Assembly: GCA_963721365.1 (NCBI GenBank)
Contig: CAVRJE010000020.1
Coordinates: 6,173-70,172, forward strand
Length of the DNA: 64,000 nt
Direction: 5' to 3'
Source of the DNA: an uncultured Actinomycetota bacterium
GTDB taxonomy: Bacteria; Actinomycetota; Thermoleophilia; RBG-16-64-13
Position numbers and translations under genes: made by a program
Shown: piece after piece, positions 42,063 through 52,989 of the stretch
Layout of the letters: the number at the start of each line of letters is the position of its first letter
How positions within the stretch are numbered: position 1 is the stretch's first letter
The notes under the pieces: model-generated
Seen by the model: only the letters and a program-made list of their open reading frames with translations
Databases searched by the model: none
Told to the model about the DNA's origin: nothing

Positions 42063-45000
42063 ATGGATCAGATAAGCAATCACGTGCTCGTGTGCACCGG
42101 GGGCGGCTGCATCGCCTCGGGAGCGCTCGAGGTAAGCGCCGCATTCACCAAGGAACTGGAGGACATGGGCATCGCCCCGCAGACGCGGGTCATCGAGACC
42201 GGCTGCCTGGGGCCCTGCGCGGTCGGCCCGGTCGTCCTGGTCTACCCCGACGGCGTCTTCTACCAGAACGTCCAGATCGACGACGTCCACGAGATCGTGG
42301 AGGAACACCTGCTCAAGGGCCGGATAGTCGACACGGCTGGTGAGCCACGCCCCCGGCACCGACCGCTCCGTCGCCGAGATGGAGGACGTCGAGTTCTTCA
42401 ACCGGCAGGTCAAGATAGTCCTCCGCAACTCGGGGATCATCGACCCGCTGAAGATCGAGGAGTACATCGCCCGCGAGGGCTATCAGGCCCTGGCCAAGGT
42501 CCTGACCGAGATGACGCCCGACCAGGTGGTGAGCGAAGTGCTGCGCAGCGGTCTCCGCGGCCGCGGCGGCGCCGGCTTCCCCACCGGGCTCAAGTGGAAG
42601 TTCGCCCGGCAGACCGAGTCGGACGTCAAGTACATCCTCTGCAACGCCGACGAGGGCGACCCCGGAGCCTTCATGGACCGGTCGGTGCTGGAAGGCGACC
42701 CGCACAGCCTCATCGAAGGCATGGCCGTCGGCGCCTACGCCATCGGCGCCAAGGAAGGCTTCGTCTACCTGCGGGCCGAATACCCGCTGGCGGTCGAGCG
42801 ACTCCAGTACGCCATCGACCAGGCCAGGGAGATGGGCCTGCTGGGCAAGGACATCATGGGCACCGGGTTCGAGTTCGACCTCGAGATCCGGATGGGCTCC
42901 GGCGCCTTCGTCTGCGGCGAGGAGACCGCCCTCATGCGCTCCATCGAGGGCGGCCGCGGCGAGCCTCGGCCCCGTCCTCCGTTCCCGGCCGTCAAGGGCC
43001 TGTGGGACAAGCCGAGCGTGCTCAACAACGTGGAGACGTTCGCCAACATCGCCCCCATCATCCTCAAGGGCGCCGAGTGGTACGCGAGCACCGGCACCGA
43101 GAAGAGCAAGGGCACCAAGGTCTTCGCTCTCGGCGGGGCCATCCAGCACGCCGGCCTGGTGGAAGTGCCCATCGGCGTCCAGCTGGGTGAGATCGTCTAC
43201 GAGATCGGCGGGGGCATCCCCGGGGGCAAGGAACTCAAGGCCGTGCAGCTCGGCGGACCGTCCGGCGGCTGTATCCCCAAAGGCAACCTGAACGTCCCGG
43301 TGGACTACGAGACCCTGCAGGAACTGGGCGCCATCATGGGCTCCGGGGGCTGCATCGTCATGGACGACGACAGCTGCATGGTCGACGTGGCCCGCTTCTT
43401 CCTCGACTTCATCCAGGACGAGAGCTGCGGCAAGTGCCCGCCCTGCCGGGTAGGCACCAAGCGCATGCTCGAGATGGTCACCCGCATCTGCAACGGTGAG
43501 GGCAAGGAAGGCGATATCGAAGCCCTCGAGGATCTGGGCAACATCATCAAGGACACGGCGCTGTGCGGCCTCGGCCAGACGGCCGCCAACCCGGTGCTCT
43601 CCACCATCCGCCACTTCCGCCACGAGTACGAGGCCCACATCAAGGATCACTACTGCGAAGCCGGCGTCTGCTCGACGATGTTCACCGCCCGTTGCACCAA
43701 CGCCTGCCCGGCCAGCGTCAACGTGCCCGGGTTCGTCAGCCTCATCGGCGAGAAGCGCTTCGACGAGGCCCTCGTACTCCACCGGGAACGCAACCCGCTC
43801 GCCAGCATCTGCGGCCGGGTCTGCTTCCATCCCTGCGAGAGCAAGTGCCAGCGCGGCTGCCTGGACGAGGCGGTGGCCATCCGCAGCCTCAAGCGGTTCA
43901 TGACCGAGCAGGAGACCGAGGCGCAGCTGCCCGAGGTCCACGAGAACGCCGAGAACGCGGCGCGCAAGATCGCGGTAGTCGGCAGCGGTCCGGCCGGCCT
44001 TTCCTGCGCGTACTTCCTCGCCCGTCTGGGCTACAAGCCCACCGTCTTCGAGAAGGAACCGAGCCCCGGCGGCATGCTGGTACAGGCCATCCCGGCCTAC
44101 CGGCTGCCACGCGAGGAGCTGGGCCGCGAGATCAGCATGATCGAGGCCATGGGCGTCACCATCAAGACGGACGTGGCTCTGGGCAAGGACTTCACCCTGG
44201 CCGGGCTCAAGGACGAGGGCTACGACGCCGTCTTCCTCGGCGTGGGCGCACCTGCCGGCGTCGGCCTTGGGGATCCCCGGCGAACGCGGGACGGGCGTGA
44301 CCGAGGGCTTGACCTTCCTGCGCGAGTACAACGTGCACGGGACGGCCGAGGTCGGCAAGGAGGTGGCGATCATCGGCGGCGGCAACTCGGCCATCGATGC
44401 TGCACGCACCGCTCTCCGCCTCGGCGCCGAGCACGTGAACATCCTCTATCGCCGCCAGCGCGAACAGATGCCGGCGTGGGCGGAAGAGATCCTTGCCGCC
44501 GACGAGGAGGGCATCACGGTGCTGCCTCTGACCGCGCCCAAGCAGATCCTCCGCAACGCTGCCGGACAGGTGGTCGGCGTGCTGTGCCAGAAGATGGCCC
44601 TCGGTGACTACGACAAGAGCGGCCGGCGCAGCCCGGTGGCCGGACGCAACCCCGACTTCACGGTGGAGTGCGACCAGGTGATCGCGGCCGTCGGGCAGTC
44701 GCTCGACGCGAAAGCACTCGTCGGCGACCTGCCGGTGGAACTGAACCGGGGCTGGCTCAAGACCGACCGCAACACCGGCGCGACCAGCGTCGACTGGCTC
44801 TTTGCGGGCGGCGACGCCGTCACCGGCCCCGCATCGGTGGTCGAAGCGGTGGGCGCGGGCGAGCGGGCAGCGGTGGCGATCGACCAGCACTTGACCGGCG
44901 CCAACCACGCCTTCTGGCGCAGGGACATCGCCGTCGACGTGTTCTTCGATCCCGATGCCGATCCCGTCACGACCCCGCGGGCCGCCGTGGTCTGCCTGGA

Positions 45001-45146
45001 TCCGGAGGCGCGCTCCTGCACCTTCGACGAGGTCGAGCTGTCCTGGAACCTCGACACGGCCTGCGCCGAAGCCAGAGCGCTGCCTGCGCTGCGACTACGG
45101 CAAGATCCCGGTGGCGGCCGCTGCTATCCAAGAAGAGGTGAAGTAA
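42063..45146 (+). CDS. hydB: HydB/HndC (NuoF-like, bifurcating-type motifs) fused to a GltD-like FAD/NAD(P)H domain (frameshifts near 42335, 44270 and 45072)
   Basis: N-terminal [2Fe-2S] domain, GRGGAGFP, ADEGDPGAFMD, GAFVCGEE, GGPSGG and CGKCPPC, then in frame CTNACP, CGRVC, GSGPAG, and later GGGNSA and 'RCLRC'. Confidence 0.88.
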
Positions 45147-46918
45147 TGCCAGTCCTGACCGTTGACGACATCAAGGTCGAGGTACCCGAAGGCACCTCCC
45201 TGCTTGACGCCTGCCGGCAGGCCGGCGCCAACATCCCCACCCTCTGCTACCTGGAGGGCGTCCAGGCCATCGGCGCCTGCCGGCTCTGCCTGGTAGAAGT
45301 CGAGGGCGCGAAGACCCTCATCGCTTCCTGCGTGCAGCCCGCCACCGACGGCATGGTCGTCATGACGGGCTCCCACCGCGCCCGGCGCGGGCGCCGGGCC
45401 GTCCTCGAGTTGCTCCTCTCCGAGCACGCGGGCGACTGCCAGACCTGCCTGCGGAGCGCCGACTGCGAGCTCCAGGCCCTGGCCGAGCAGCTCAACGTAG
45501 ACAAGATCACGTACGAGGGCGAGAAGACGCGCAGGATCATCGACGACTCCACCTTCGCGCTGGTGAGAGACACCGGCAAGTGCGTGTCGTGCCGGCGTTG
45601 CGTGACCGTGTGCAACCAGACCCAGGGAGTGGGCGCTCTGTTCCCGCAAGGCCGCGGTTTCGAGACCGTGATCGGGCCGGCCTTCGCCATGAACCTCGCC
45701 GACGTGGTCTGCGTGCAGTGCGGCCAGTGCGCCGCCGTCTGTCCGGTGGGCGCCATCACCGAGAACACCGTGGTCGAGCAGGTCTGGGCCGCGCTCGACG
45801 ATCCCAAGAAGCACGTGATCGTCGAGACCGCGCCCGCCATCCGCGCCGCCTTGGGAGAGGAGTTCGGCTACGAGCCGGGGACGCTGGTCACCGGCAAGAT
45901 GGTCGCAGCCCTTCGCCGCCTCGGCTTCAACGCGGTGTTCGACACCAACTTCACCGCCGACCTGACCATCATCGAAGAGGGCACCGAGCTGCTCACCCGG
46001 CTCAAGAAGGCCCTGGTGGAAGGCGAGGACGTGGCGCTACCCATGTTCACCAGTTGCTCGCCGGGCTGGATCAACTACATGGAGCACTACAACCCCGATA
46101 TGCTCGCCAACCTGTCCACCTGCAAGTCGCCGCAGCAGATGTTCGGCGCTCTGGCCAAGACCTACTATCCGAAGAAGCTGGGGATCGATCCCAAGAACGT
46201 CGTGGTGGTCTCGGTCATGCCCTGCACCGCGAAGAAGTTCGAATGCGCCCGTCCGGAGATGGGACGCGATGGCCTGCAGGACGTGGACATGGTGCTGACC
46301 ACCCGCGAGCTGGCCAGGATGATCAAGCAGGCCGGCATAGACTTCCGCAGCCTCCCCGAGCAGAAGATGGACAGGCCCCTGGGCATCTCCACCGGTGCGG
46401 CCGACATCTTCGCCGCCACCGGCGGCGTGATGGAGGCGGCTCTCCGGACGGCCTACGAGATCGTGACCGGCACGTCCTTCCCCTTCGCCAACCTGCACGT
46501 CACGCCCATCGCGGGCCTGGAAGGCATCAAGGAAGCAGCGGTGACCATCGAGGAGACCGTGCCCGAGTGGTCCTTCCTCAAGGGGGCGACGCTCAAGGTC
46601 GCGGTCGCTCACGGTCTGGCCAACGCTCAGAAGGTGGTCGACCGCATCCGCAGCGGCGAGGCTTCCTACCACTTCGTGGAAGTGATGACCTGCCCGGGAG
46701 GCTGCATCGGTGGCGGCGGGCAGCCCCGGCTGACCTCCGACGCCGTGCGGCAGGCCCGCATCCGCGCCATCTACGCCGAGGACGAAGGCCGCGAATTGCG
46801 CAAATCGCACGAGAATCCCGAGATCCTGGCCCTCTACGACGAGTACCTGGGCGAGCCGCTGGGACATCTGTCCCACGAGTTGCTGCACACCAGGTACACC
46901 GAGAAGGACAGGGTATAG
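45146..46918 (+). CDS. hydA: Group A [FeFe] hydrogenase catalytic subunit 1
   Basis: [2Fe-2S], HxxxCxxC and 2x[4Fe-4S] motifs; H-cluster motifs FTSCSPGW, MPCTAKKFE, EVMTCPGGCIGGGGQP. Confidence 0.95.
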   Translation: MPVLTVDDIKVEVPEGTSLLDACRQAGANIPTLCYLEGVQAIGACRLCLVEVEGAKTLIASCVQPATDGMVVMTGSHRARRGRRAVLELLLSEHAGDCQTCLRSADCELQALAEQLNVDKITYEGEKTRRIIDDSTFALVRDTGKCVSCRRCVTVCNQTQGVGALFPQGRGFETVIGPAFAMNLADVVCVQCGQCAAVCPVGAITENTVVEQVWAALDDPKKHVIVETAPAIRAALGEEFGYEPGTLVTGKMVAALRRLGFNAVFDTNFTADLTIIEEGTELLTRLKKALVEGEDVALPMFTSCSPGWINYMEHYNPDMLANLSTCKSPQQMFGALAKTYYPKKLGIDPKNVVVVSVMPCTAKKFECARPEMGRDGLQDVDMVLTTRELARMIKQAGIDFRSLPEQKMDRPLGISTGAADIFAATGGVMEAALRTAYEIVTGTSFPFANLHVTPIAGLEGIKEAAVTIEETVPEWSFLKGATLKVAVAHGLANAQKVVDRIRSGEASYHFVEVMTCPGGCIGGGGQPRLTSDAVRQARIRAIYAEDEGRELRKSHENPEILALYDEYLGEPLGHLSHELLHTRYTEKDRV

Positions 46919-46960
46919 TTGAGAAACTGTAGTCAGGGACTGTGACTTGGTGAAGGAGCC

Positions 46961-47440
46961 GTGACCACGGGCGAACAGCCACTCATACTGATCGTCGACG
47001 ACGATTACGACTTCCTCGAGATCAATCGCATGATCCTCGAGCGGGCGGGCTACCGCGTGGTCACTGCTGCCGAGCCGCAGCAGGCCCTGACCAAGATGGC
47101 GAAGGAGAAGCCGGACCTGGTCATCAGCGACCTGATGATGACGTCCCTGGACTCCGGCTTCTCCTTCGCACGCGCCATCAAAGAAGATCCGCGGTACGCG
47201 GACGTCCCCGTGATCCTCTCCACCTCGGTCTCGAGCGCCATGGGCCTCGACTTCCGCCCGCGATCGGCCGAGGAGACCGCACAGATGAACGTGGACGCGT
47301 ATTTCGACAAGCCGCTCGTGCCGGCCAAGCTGCTCGCCAAGATCGAGGAGCTGCTGGCGGCCCGGGGCGGCCGGGCGCCGGCGGGCGGCGCGCAGACCGA
47401 TACGGGCGCCGCCCCTGCGGGCGGCGCGGAGACCGGCTGA
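46961..47440 (+). CDS. Single-domain response regulator (receiver)
   Basis: 'ILIVDDD', 'VISDLMM', 'KP'. Confidence 0.9.
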   Translation: MTTGEQPLILIVDDDYDFLEINRMILERAGYRVVTAAEPQQALTKMAKEKPDLVISDLMMTSLDSGFSFARAIKEDPRYADVPVILSTSVSSAMGLDFRPRSAEETAQMNVDAYFDKPLVPAKLLAKIEELLAARGGRAPAGGAQTDTGAAPAGGAETG

Positions 47441-49497
47441 TGCCTACCTGGGACAACCCCCTCATCACCATCATCGGCGAGAAGTGCCGCATGTGCTACG
47501 CCTGCGTGCGGGAGTGCCCGGCCAAGGCCATCCAGGTGGTCGATGGGCAGGCGAGAGTCATCCAGCCGCGCTGCATCGGCTGCGGCAACTGCCTGCGGGT
47601 CTGCAGCCAGAACGCAAAACAGGTCCGGGACGATACGGCGCGTGCCTTTGGTCTGCTGGAGTCGGGGGAAAGGGTGGTCGCGACGGTCGCGCCGAGCTTC
47701 CCCGCCGAATTCACCGACATCCCCACCGGGACCCTCGTGGCGATGATCAGAGCGCTCGGCTTCGACTCGGTCCACGAGATCTCGGTCGGCGCCGATCTGG
47801 TCGCCCACGCGTATCGCAGACTCCTGGAGGACAACCCGGAGGCGCGGTATATCACCACTCCGTGCCCGGCGTCCGTTTCGTATGTGCGCAAGTACCACCC
47901 ACGACTCATGCCCTATCTCGCCCCCATCGTGTCGCCCATGGTGGCCATGGCTCGGGTGCTCCGCCGTGATCTGGGCCCCAACATCAAAGTGGTCTTCATG
48001 GGCCCCTGCATCGCCAAGAAGCGGGCGTCGATCGATACCACCCATGGCGAGGTGGACGCCGTCCTCACCTTCGCCGAACTGAGGGACATGTTCAGCAGGC
48101 GGGGCGTCAGACCCCAAGACTTCGACGGAAACGACCGCTTCGATCCCCCGTATGGCGGACTCGGAGCAGTGTTCCCCATCTCGGGCGGCCTCTTGCAGAC
48201 GGCAGGGCTCACCGAAGACCTGCTGACCGGAGAACTGGTCGTCGCCGAGGGGCGGGGCGAGTTCACCGATGCTATCAACGAGTTCGACCTCGCCCGTGCC
48301 GACACCCGGCTTCTCGACGTCCTCTCGTGCGTGGGGTGCTTCGCCGGCCCGGGAATGACCAGCGACGAGACGATGCTCCAGCGGCGCAGCCGCGTCAGCA
48401 CCTACGCCCGCAACCGGCTGGCCGGCCTCACCGCCGAGGAGGAGGCCGACGTGGCGAGCGCGGCCGAACGGTATGCCGACCTCGATCTCACGCGCGAATA
48501 CCTGGCCGACGCTCAGACGCTGGGCGACAACGCCACGCCGGAAGAGCTGGACGAGATCCTGCACCGGATGGGCAAGTTCCGGGCCGAGGACCTGCTCAAC
48601 TGCGGCGCCTGCGGCTACGACACCTGCATCGACCACGCCCACGCCGTGTACGCCGGGCTGGCCGACTCCGACATGTGCCTCCCCCACACCATCGAACAAT
48701 TGCAGTCTGCCTACCAGGAGCTGGAGGTATCCCACAAGTCGCTCGAGGAGACGAAAGAGGCCCTGGAGCGCTCGGGCAAGCTCGCGAGCATGGGCCAGCT
48801 GGCCGCCGGCATCGCCCACGAGGTGAATAACCCCCTGGGCACGCTGCTCCTGCACGCCAATCTGCTGCTCGAGGAGTGCGAGGGCGATTCCGAGATCAAG
48901 ACCGACCTGGAGACCATCGTCGACCAAGCCAACCGCTGCAAGCGCATCATCTCGGGGTTGCTCAACTTCGCTCGGCAGAGCCGGGTGGTGCGGCAACCCA
49001 CCAACGTCTCGGAGGTCGTCGACAAGGTCATCCGCACGGCCCCTACCGCCGACAACGTCACGGTGACCGTGCAGGACCGTCTCTCCGACCCGGTCGCGGA
49101 GATCGACGGCGATCAGATCGTACAGGTGCTCACTAATCTGTTCACCAACGCGCAGCAGGCCATGCCCAACGGAGGCACTATGACGATCGGGCTCAGCGAC
49201 GATCCCGACACGGTGACCATCCGCGTTTCGGACACGGGCACGGGGATCCCCAAGGAACACATGACCCGCCTGTTCGACCCCTTTTTCACCACGAAGCAGG
49301 TGGGCATGGGCACCGGCCTCGGGCTGGCCGTCACCCACGGCATCGTCAAGATGCACCGGGGCCAGATCAACGTGGAGTCCAACATCGACCCGGCAGCCGG
49401 CCCGACCGGGACGACCTTCACCATCGAACTGCCCCGGCGCGAAATGGGCACGCCGATCATGCCGGCGGTCGCCGGCATGATCGGCGCTTCCGCGTGA
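47440..49497 (+). CDS. Group C (HydS-like) sensory [FeFe] domain fused to a histidine kinase
   Basis: 2x[4Fe-4S], 'TTPCPA', 'GPCIAKK', 'LSCVGCFAGP', 'NCGACGYDTC', then H-box 'AHEVNNPL', N-box, 'DTGTG', 'FFTTK', 'GTGLGL'. Confidence 0.92.
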   Translation: MPTWDNPLITIIGEKCRMCYACVRECPAKAIQVVDGQARVIQPRCIGCGNCLRVCSQNAKQVRDDTARAFGLLESGERVVATVAPSFPAEFTDIPTGTLVAMIRALGFDSVHEISVGADLVAHAYRRLLEDNPEARYITTPCPASVSYVRKYHPRLMPYLAPIVSPMVAMARVLRRDLGPNIKVVFMGPCIAKKRASIDTTHGEVDAVLTFAELRDMFSRRGVRPQDFDGNDRFDPPYGGLGAVFPISGGLLQTAGLTEDLLTGELVVAEGRGEFTDAINEFDLARADTRLLDVLSCVGCFAGPGMTSDETMLQRRSRVSTYARNRLAGLTAEEEADVASAAERYADLDLTREYLADAQTLGDNATPEELDEILHRMGKFRAEDLLNCGACGYDTCIDHAHAVYAGLADSDMCLPHTIEQLQSAYQELEVSHKSLEETKEALERSGKLASMGQLAAGIAHEVNNPLGTLLLHANLLLEECEGDSEIKTDLETIVDQANRCKRIISGLLNFARQSRVVRQPTNVSEVVDKVIRTAPTADNVTVTVQDRLSDPVAEIDGDQIVQVLTNLFTNAQQAMPNGGTMTIGLSDDPDTVTIRVSDTGTGIPKEHMTRLFDPFFTTKQVGMGTGLGLAVTHGIVKMHRGQINVESNIDPAAGPTGTTFTIELPRREMGTPIMPAVAGMIGASA

Positions 49498-49528
49498 CCG
49501 GTGGCGGCCGCATGACTGGAGCATCGGC

Positions 49529-50698
49529 GTGAGCAACGACCAGCTGCTCAAGGTCGCCATGGTCGACGACGAGGAGCCGCTCTGCCTCGCCGTGGCGCGC
49601 ATCCTCAACAAGTACAAGGTACGCGTGGACGATGTAGGCGTCGATGTCGCCTACACCTGCACCCACTTCGGCAGCGGCGAGCAGTTCTTCGAAGAGATCG
49701 GCAAGGGAACGGAGTTCGACCTGCTGCTCGTGGACCTGAAGCTGCCGGGCATGAGCGGTCTGGACATCCTCGAGCTCCTGCGAGAGCAGGGACGCGGCAT
49801 CCTGGCCATCATGATCACCGCCTATGCCACCTTCGAGACCGCCGTGCAGGCGACCAAGCTGGGCGCCTACGACTTCCTTCCCAAGCCGTTCTCGCCCGAG
49901 GAGCTCAGGTACGCCGTCCGCAAAGCCACCGACCAGCTGATCATCAGCCGGGAGGCGCGCAGGCTGGCCGAGGAGAAGCGGCAGGTGCGGTTCAACTTCA
50001 TCTCCGTGCTCTCCCACGAGTTGAAGGCCCCCATCAATGCCATCGAGGGCTATCTCAAGATCCTTCAGACCGACGAGCCGGCGGAGCGGTTGCCCATGAT
50101 CGAGCGGAGTCTGGTGCGGCTTGACGGCATGAGAAAGCTGATCTTCGACCTCCTGGATCTGACCCGCATCGAATCGGGGCAGAAGCAGCGGCAGTTGGCC
50201 CAGGTGGACGTGCGCGCAGCCGCGAAGACGGCCATCGAGACGTTCACGCCGGAAGCGGCCGCGCGCGACATCGGCATCACGCTGCGGGCGCCGGAGCCTG
50301 TCGAAATGGTCGCCGATCTGGGCGAGCTGGAGATCATCCTCAACAACCTGGTGTCGAACGCCGTCAAGTACAACAAGGACGGCGGCAGCGTCACGGTCGC
50401 GCTGGAGCGAAAGGGCGGCGGCGTCAAGATCCAGGTGGCCGATACCGGCATCGGCATGACCCCGGAAGAGAGCGCCAAGTTGTTTACCGAGTTCATGCGC
50501 ATCAAGAACGAGGAGACGTACAGGATCCTCGGCAGTGGCCTGGGATTGTCGACGGTGCGCAAGCTCGCCCAGCTCTACGGCGGCGATGCCGTGGTCAAGA
50601 GCGAGAAGGGCACGGGCAGCCTCTTCACCGTCACCCTCCAGGACGCCGGTCCGGCGGCGCCTGCCGGGCCCGCGGCCGCTGGGGGCGCTGCCGACTGA
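49529..50698 (+). CDS. Hybrid receiver-histidine kinase
   Basis: 'VDDE', 'VDLKLP', H-box 'SHELKAP', 'NAVKY', 'DTGIG', 'GSGLGL'. Confidence 0.92.
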   Translation: MSNDQLLKVAMVDDEEPLCLAVARILNKYKVRVDDVGVDVAYTCTHFGSGEQFFEEIGKGTEFDLLLVDLKLPGMSGLDILELLREQGRGILAIMITAYATFETAVQATKLGAYDFLPKPFSPEELRYAVRKATDQLIISREARRLAEEKRQVRFNFISVLSHELKAPINAIEGYLKILQTDEPAERLPMIERSLVRLDGMRKLIFDLLDLTRIESGQKQRQLAQVDVRAAAKTAIETFTPEAAARDIGITLRAPEPVEMVADLGELEIILNNLVSNAVKYNKDGGSVTVALERKGGGVKIQVADTGIGMTPEESAKLFTEFMRIKNEETYRILGSGLGLSTVRKLAQLYGGDAVVKSEKGTGSLFTVTLQDAGPAAPAGPAAAGGAAD

Positions 50699-50776
50699 AC
50701 GCGCGGCGCGGCGGGGTGGCGGAACTGCCAAAGCGGGGCTCCAAGGCCGGCTGCGTCCCGCCCAAGACCTTGCGCG

Positions 50777-50794
50777 CTGAGATATAATTCACAG
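50777..50794 (+). promoter_or_regulatory. TATAAT -10 box inside a Rex-like palindrome, upstream of the second hydrogenase unit
   Basis: CTGAGAT-ataa-TTCACAG, with TATAAT at 50783-50788. Confidence 0.5.
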
Positions 50795-50868
50795 CACTCG
50801 GCGGACGCCCGCCGAGGGTCCGGGGGGGCCGGATCTTCCACCAGTAGTCTATCTAGCGAGGGAGAGCC

Positions 50869-51252
50869 GTGGCCAAGATACTGATAGTGGACGACGATCC
50901 GGACATGGTAGAAGCCGGTCGTTACGTGCTGGAACGGGAGGGGCACGCCGTCACCAGCGCCTCCAACGTCGAGACCGGACTGAAGGCCCTTGACGAGGGG
51001 ACTCCCGATCTCCTCATCCTAGATGTGATGATGGAGGAGGCGGACGACGGTCTCGTCTTTGCCCGCACGGTGCGCCGTAGGGGCCTCACCATCCCCATCC
51101 TCATGCTCACCAGCGTCAACCGGGCGATGGGCCTCAACATCGGAAAAGACGCGGAGATGGTCCCGGTCGACGAGTTCGTGGAGAAGCCGGTGGACCCGGG
51201 CGTGCTCCTGGCGAAGGTCAAGAACCTGCTAGCGACCGCGAAAGGGGCGTGA
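50869..51252 (+). CDS. Single-domain response regulator (receiver)
   Basis: 'ILIVDDD', 'LILDVMM', 'EKP'. Confidence 0.9.
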   Translation: MAKILIVDDDPDMVEAGRYVLEREGHAVTSASNVETGLKALDEGTPDLLILDVMMEEADDGLVFARTVRRRGLTIPILMLTSVNRAMGLNIGKDAEMVPVDEFVEKPVDPGVLLAKVKNLLATAKGA

Positions 51253-51802
51253 TGCGGGTGATCGACTACGAACAGCTCCGCGAGGAAGTCATGGAGGTCG
51301 CGGCGCTGACCAACTACAACCGCGCGTCCCTGATCCCCGTGCTCCGCACAGTCAAGGACAAATACCGGGGCGTCGACAGCGAGGCCATGCAGATCATCGC
51401 CGATGTGCTCGGGTGCCATCCGGTGGAGGTCAATGCGGTCGCCACCTTCTACACCTACCTGAACCCAGAGACCGAGGGGCGCTTCATATTCCGGTTGTGC
51501 CGCACCTACTCGTGCGAGCTGGCCGGCAAGGAAGAGATCGCCCGGCAGCTCGCCCGCGACCTGGGTGTCGACTTCGGCGAGACCTCGGCCGATGGCGCCT
51601 TCAGCCTGGAGTGGGCCAACTGCATGGGCATGTGCGATCAGGGCCCGGCCATGCTGGTGAACGAGGACGTCTACACGAAACTCACTCCCAACAGGGTCCA
51701 CACGATCGTCCAGGACTACAAGAACCGGCCCGAGGCAAGCGCACCGGAGTCGGCCGCGCTGCGCCGATACTCGGCGAGGCGGCAGTGGAGTGTGGGGCAT
51801 GA
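51252..51802 (+). CDS. hydC: NuoE-like HydC subunit 2 (probable frameshift near 51760)
   Basis: 'CRTYSC' and 'CMGMCDQGPA'; probable end at the ATGA overlap 51799-51802. Confidence 0.85.
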
Positions 51803-52989
51803 CCATCGATACCACCATCAAGACCCAGGGCAACCAGCTCACGTTCTCCACGATCGCGGTGGGCGACGGCCTGAGCAAAGCGCTCGCGATGTCCCGCGTC
51901 GACGTCATCGACATGATCCGGGACTCCAAGCTGAAGGGCCGGGGCGGGGCAGGCTTCCCCACCGGCATCAAATGGAACTTCGCCGCGGCCGAAAAGCGGA
52001 TGCCCAAGTACATCATGTGCAACGCCGACGAGGGCGAGCCGGGCACCTTCAAGGACCGGCTCATCCTGAGCGAGCACGCGGACCTCGTCATGGAGGGCAT
52101 GACTATCGCGGGTCGCGCCATCGGCGCCTCTCTGGCGCTCATCTACCTTCGCGCCGAGTACGGGTATCTGCGCTCCCACCTCGAATCCGTCATCAAAGAG
52201 CGCAGGGAAGCAGGTCTTCTCGGCCGGGACATCGGGGGTGTTGAAGGCTTCAACTTCAACATCATGGTCGCCATGGGCGCCGGCGCGTATGTCTGCGGCG
52301 AAGAGACAGCTCTCATCGAGTCGCTCGAGGGGTTCCGGGGAGAACCTCGTAACCGTCCCCCGTTCCCCGTGGTGTCGGGCTTTCTGAACCGGCCGTCGGT
52401 GATCAACAACGTCGAGACCCTCGCCTGGGTGCCCTGCATCCTTGCCAAAGGGGTCGACTGGTTCAAGAGCATAGGCACCGACGTCTCCACCGGCCACAAG
52501 CTGTTCAGCGTGTCCGGCGACTGCGAGAAGCCCGGCGTGTACGAGTTCCCCTTTGGGATCACGGTGGCCGAGTTGCTCAAGGAAGTGGGCGGCAGCGAAG
52601 CGAAGGCCGTCCAGATCGGCGGGGCCTCGGGCCGCTGCGTCCCGAAGAAGGACTTCGAGCGCCGGCTGGCCTTCGAAGACATCCCCACCGGCGGATCGAT
52701 CATCGTGATCGGTCCCGGGCGCGACATGCTCAGCCTCGCCCACAATCTGATGGACTTCTTCGTGGACGAATCATGCGGGCAGTGCACGCCATGCCGCGTG
52801 GGCAACGCCAAGTTGCTCGAAGGCGTGGAGATGCTCCAAGAGGGAAGCTGCTCGGACGAGTATTTGGACGAGCTCAAGGGGCTCGCCAACACCATGCAGG
52901 TAGCCTCCAAGTGCGGCCTGGGTCAATCCAGTCCGGTGGCGTTGCTTTCCATCCTCGAGCATTTTGGAGACGAGATCCATGGCCGATAA
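51799..52989 (+). CDS. hydB: Short NuoF-like HydB subunit 2 (non-bifurcating-type motifs)
   Basis: GRGGAGFP, ADEGEPGTFKD, GAYVCGEE, GGASG, CGQCTPC...CGLG. It lacks the N-terminal [2Fe-2S] and C-terminal ferredoxin domains. Confidence 0.9.
   Translation: MTIDTTIKTQGNQLTFSTIAVGDGLSKALAMSRVDVIDMIRDSKLKGRGGAGFPTGIKWNFAAAEKRMPKYIMCNADEGEPGTFKDRLILSEHADLVMEGMTIAGRAIGASLALIYLRAEYGYLRSHLESVIKERREAGLLGRDIGGVEGFNFNIMVAMGAGAYVCGEETALIESLEGFRGEPRNRPPFPVVSGFLNRPSVINNVETLAWVPCILAKGVDWFKSIGTDVSTGHKLFSVSGDCEKPGVYEFPFGITVAELLKEVGGSEAKAVQIGGASGRCVPKKDFERRLAFEDIPTGGSIIVIGPGRDMLSLAHNLMDFFVDESCGQCTPCRVGNAKLLEGVEMLQEGSCSDEYLDELKGLANTMQVASKCGLGQSSPVALLSILEHFGDEIHGR

Noticed and set aside
34499-45146. Dense frameshifts read as programmed frameshifting or mass pseudogenisation
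   Set aside because: They are single-base indels, often in G/C runs, scattered over unrelated genes (also GH63, NlpC/P60 and hyp). Catalytic motifs are otherwise intact and I saw no shared slippery motif. Uncorrected read error is the simpler explanation.
44267-46918. 883-aa GltD-HydA fusion shown in the ORF track
   Set aside because: A frameshift near 45072 hides the true end (RCLRCDYGK...EEVK*). hydA has its own GAGGTG RBS and a TAATG overlap at 45144-45148.
51249-52989. HoxF-like NuoE-NuoF fusion
   Set aside because: An ATGA overlap at 51799-51802 with an upstream GGAG favours two genes. Not fully excluded given the local indel.
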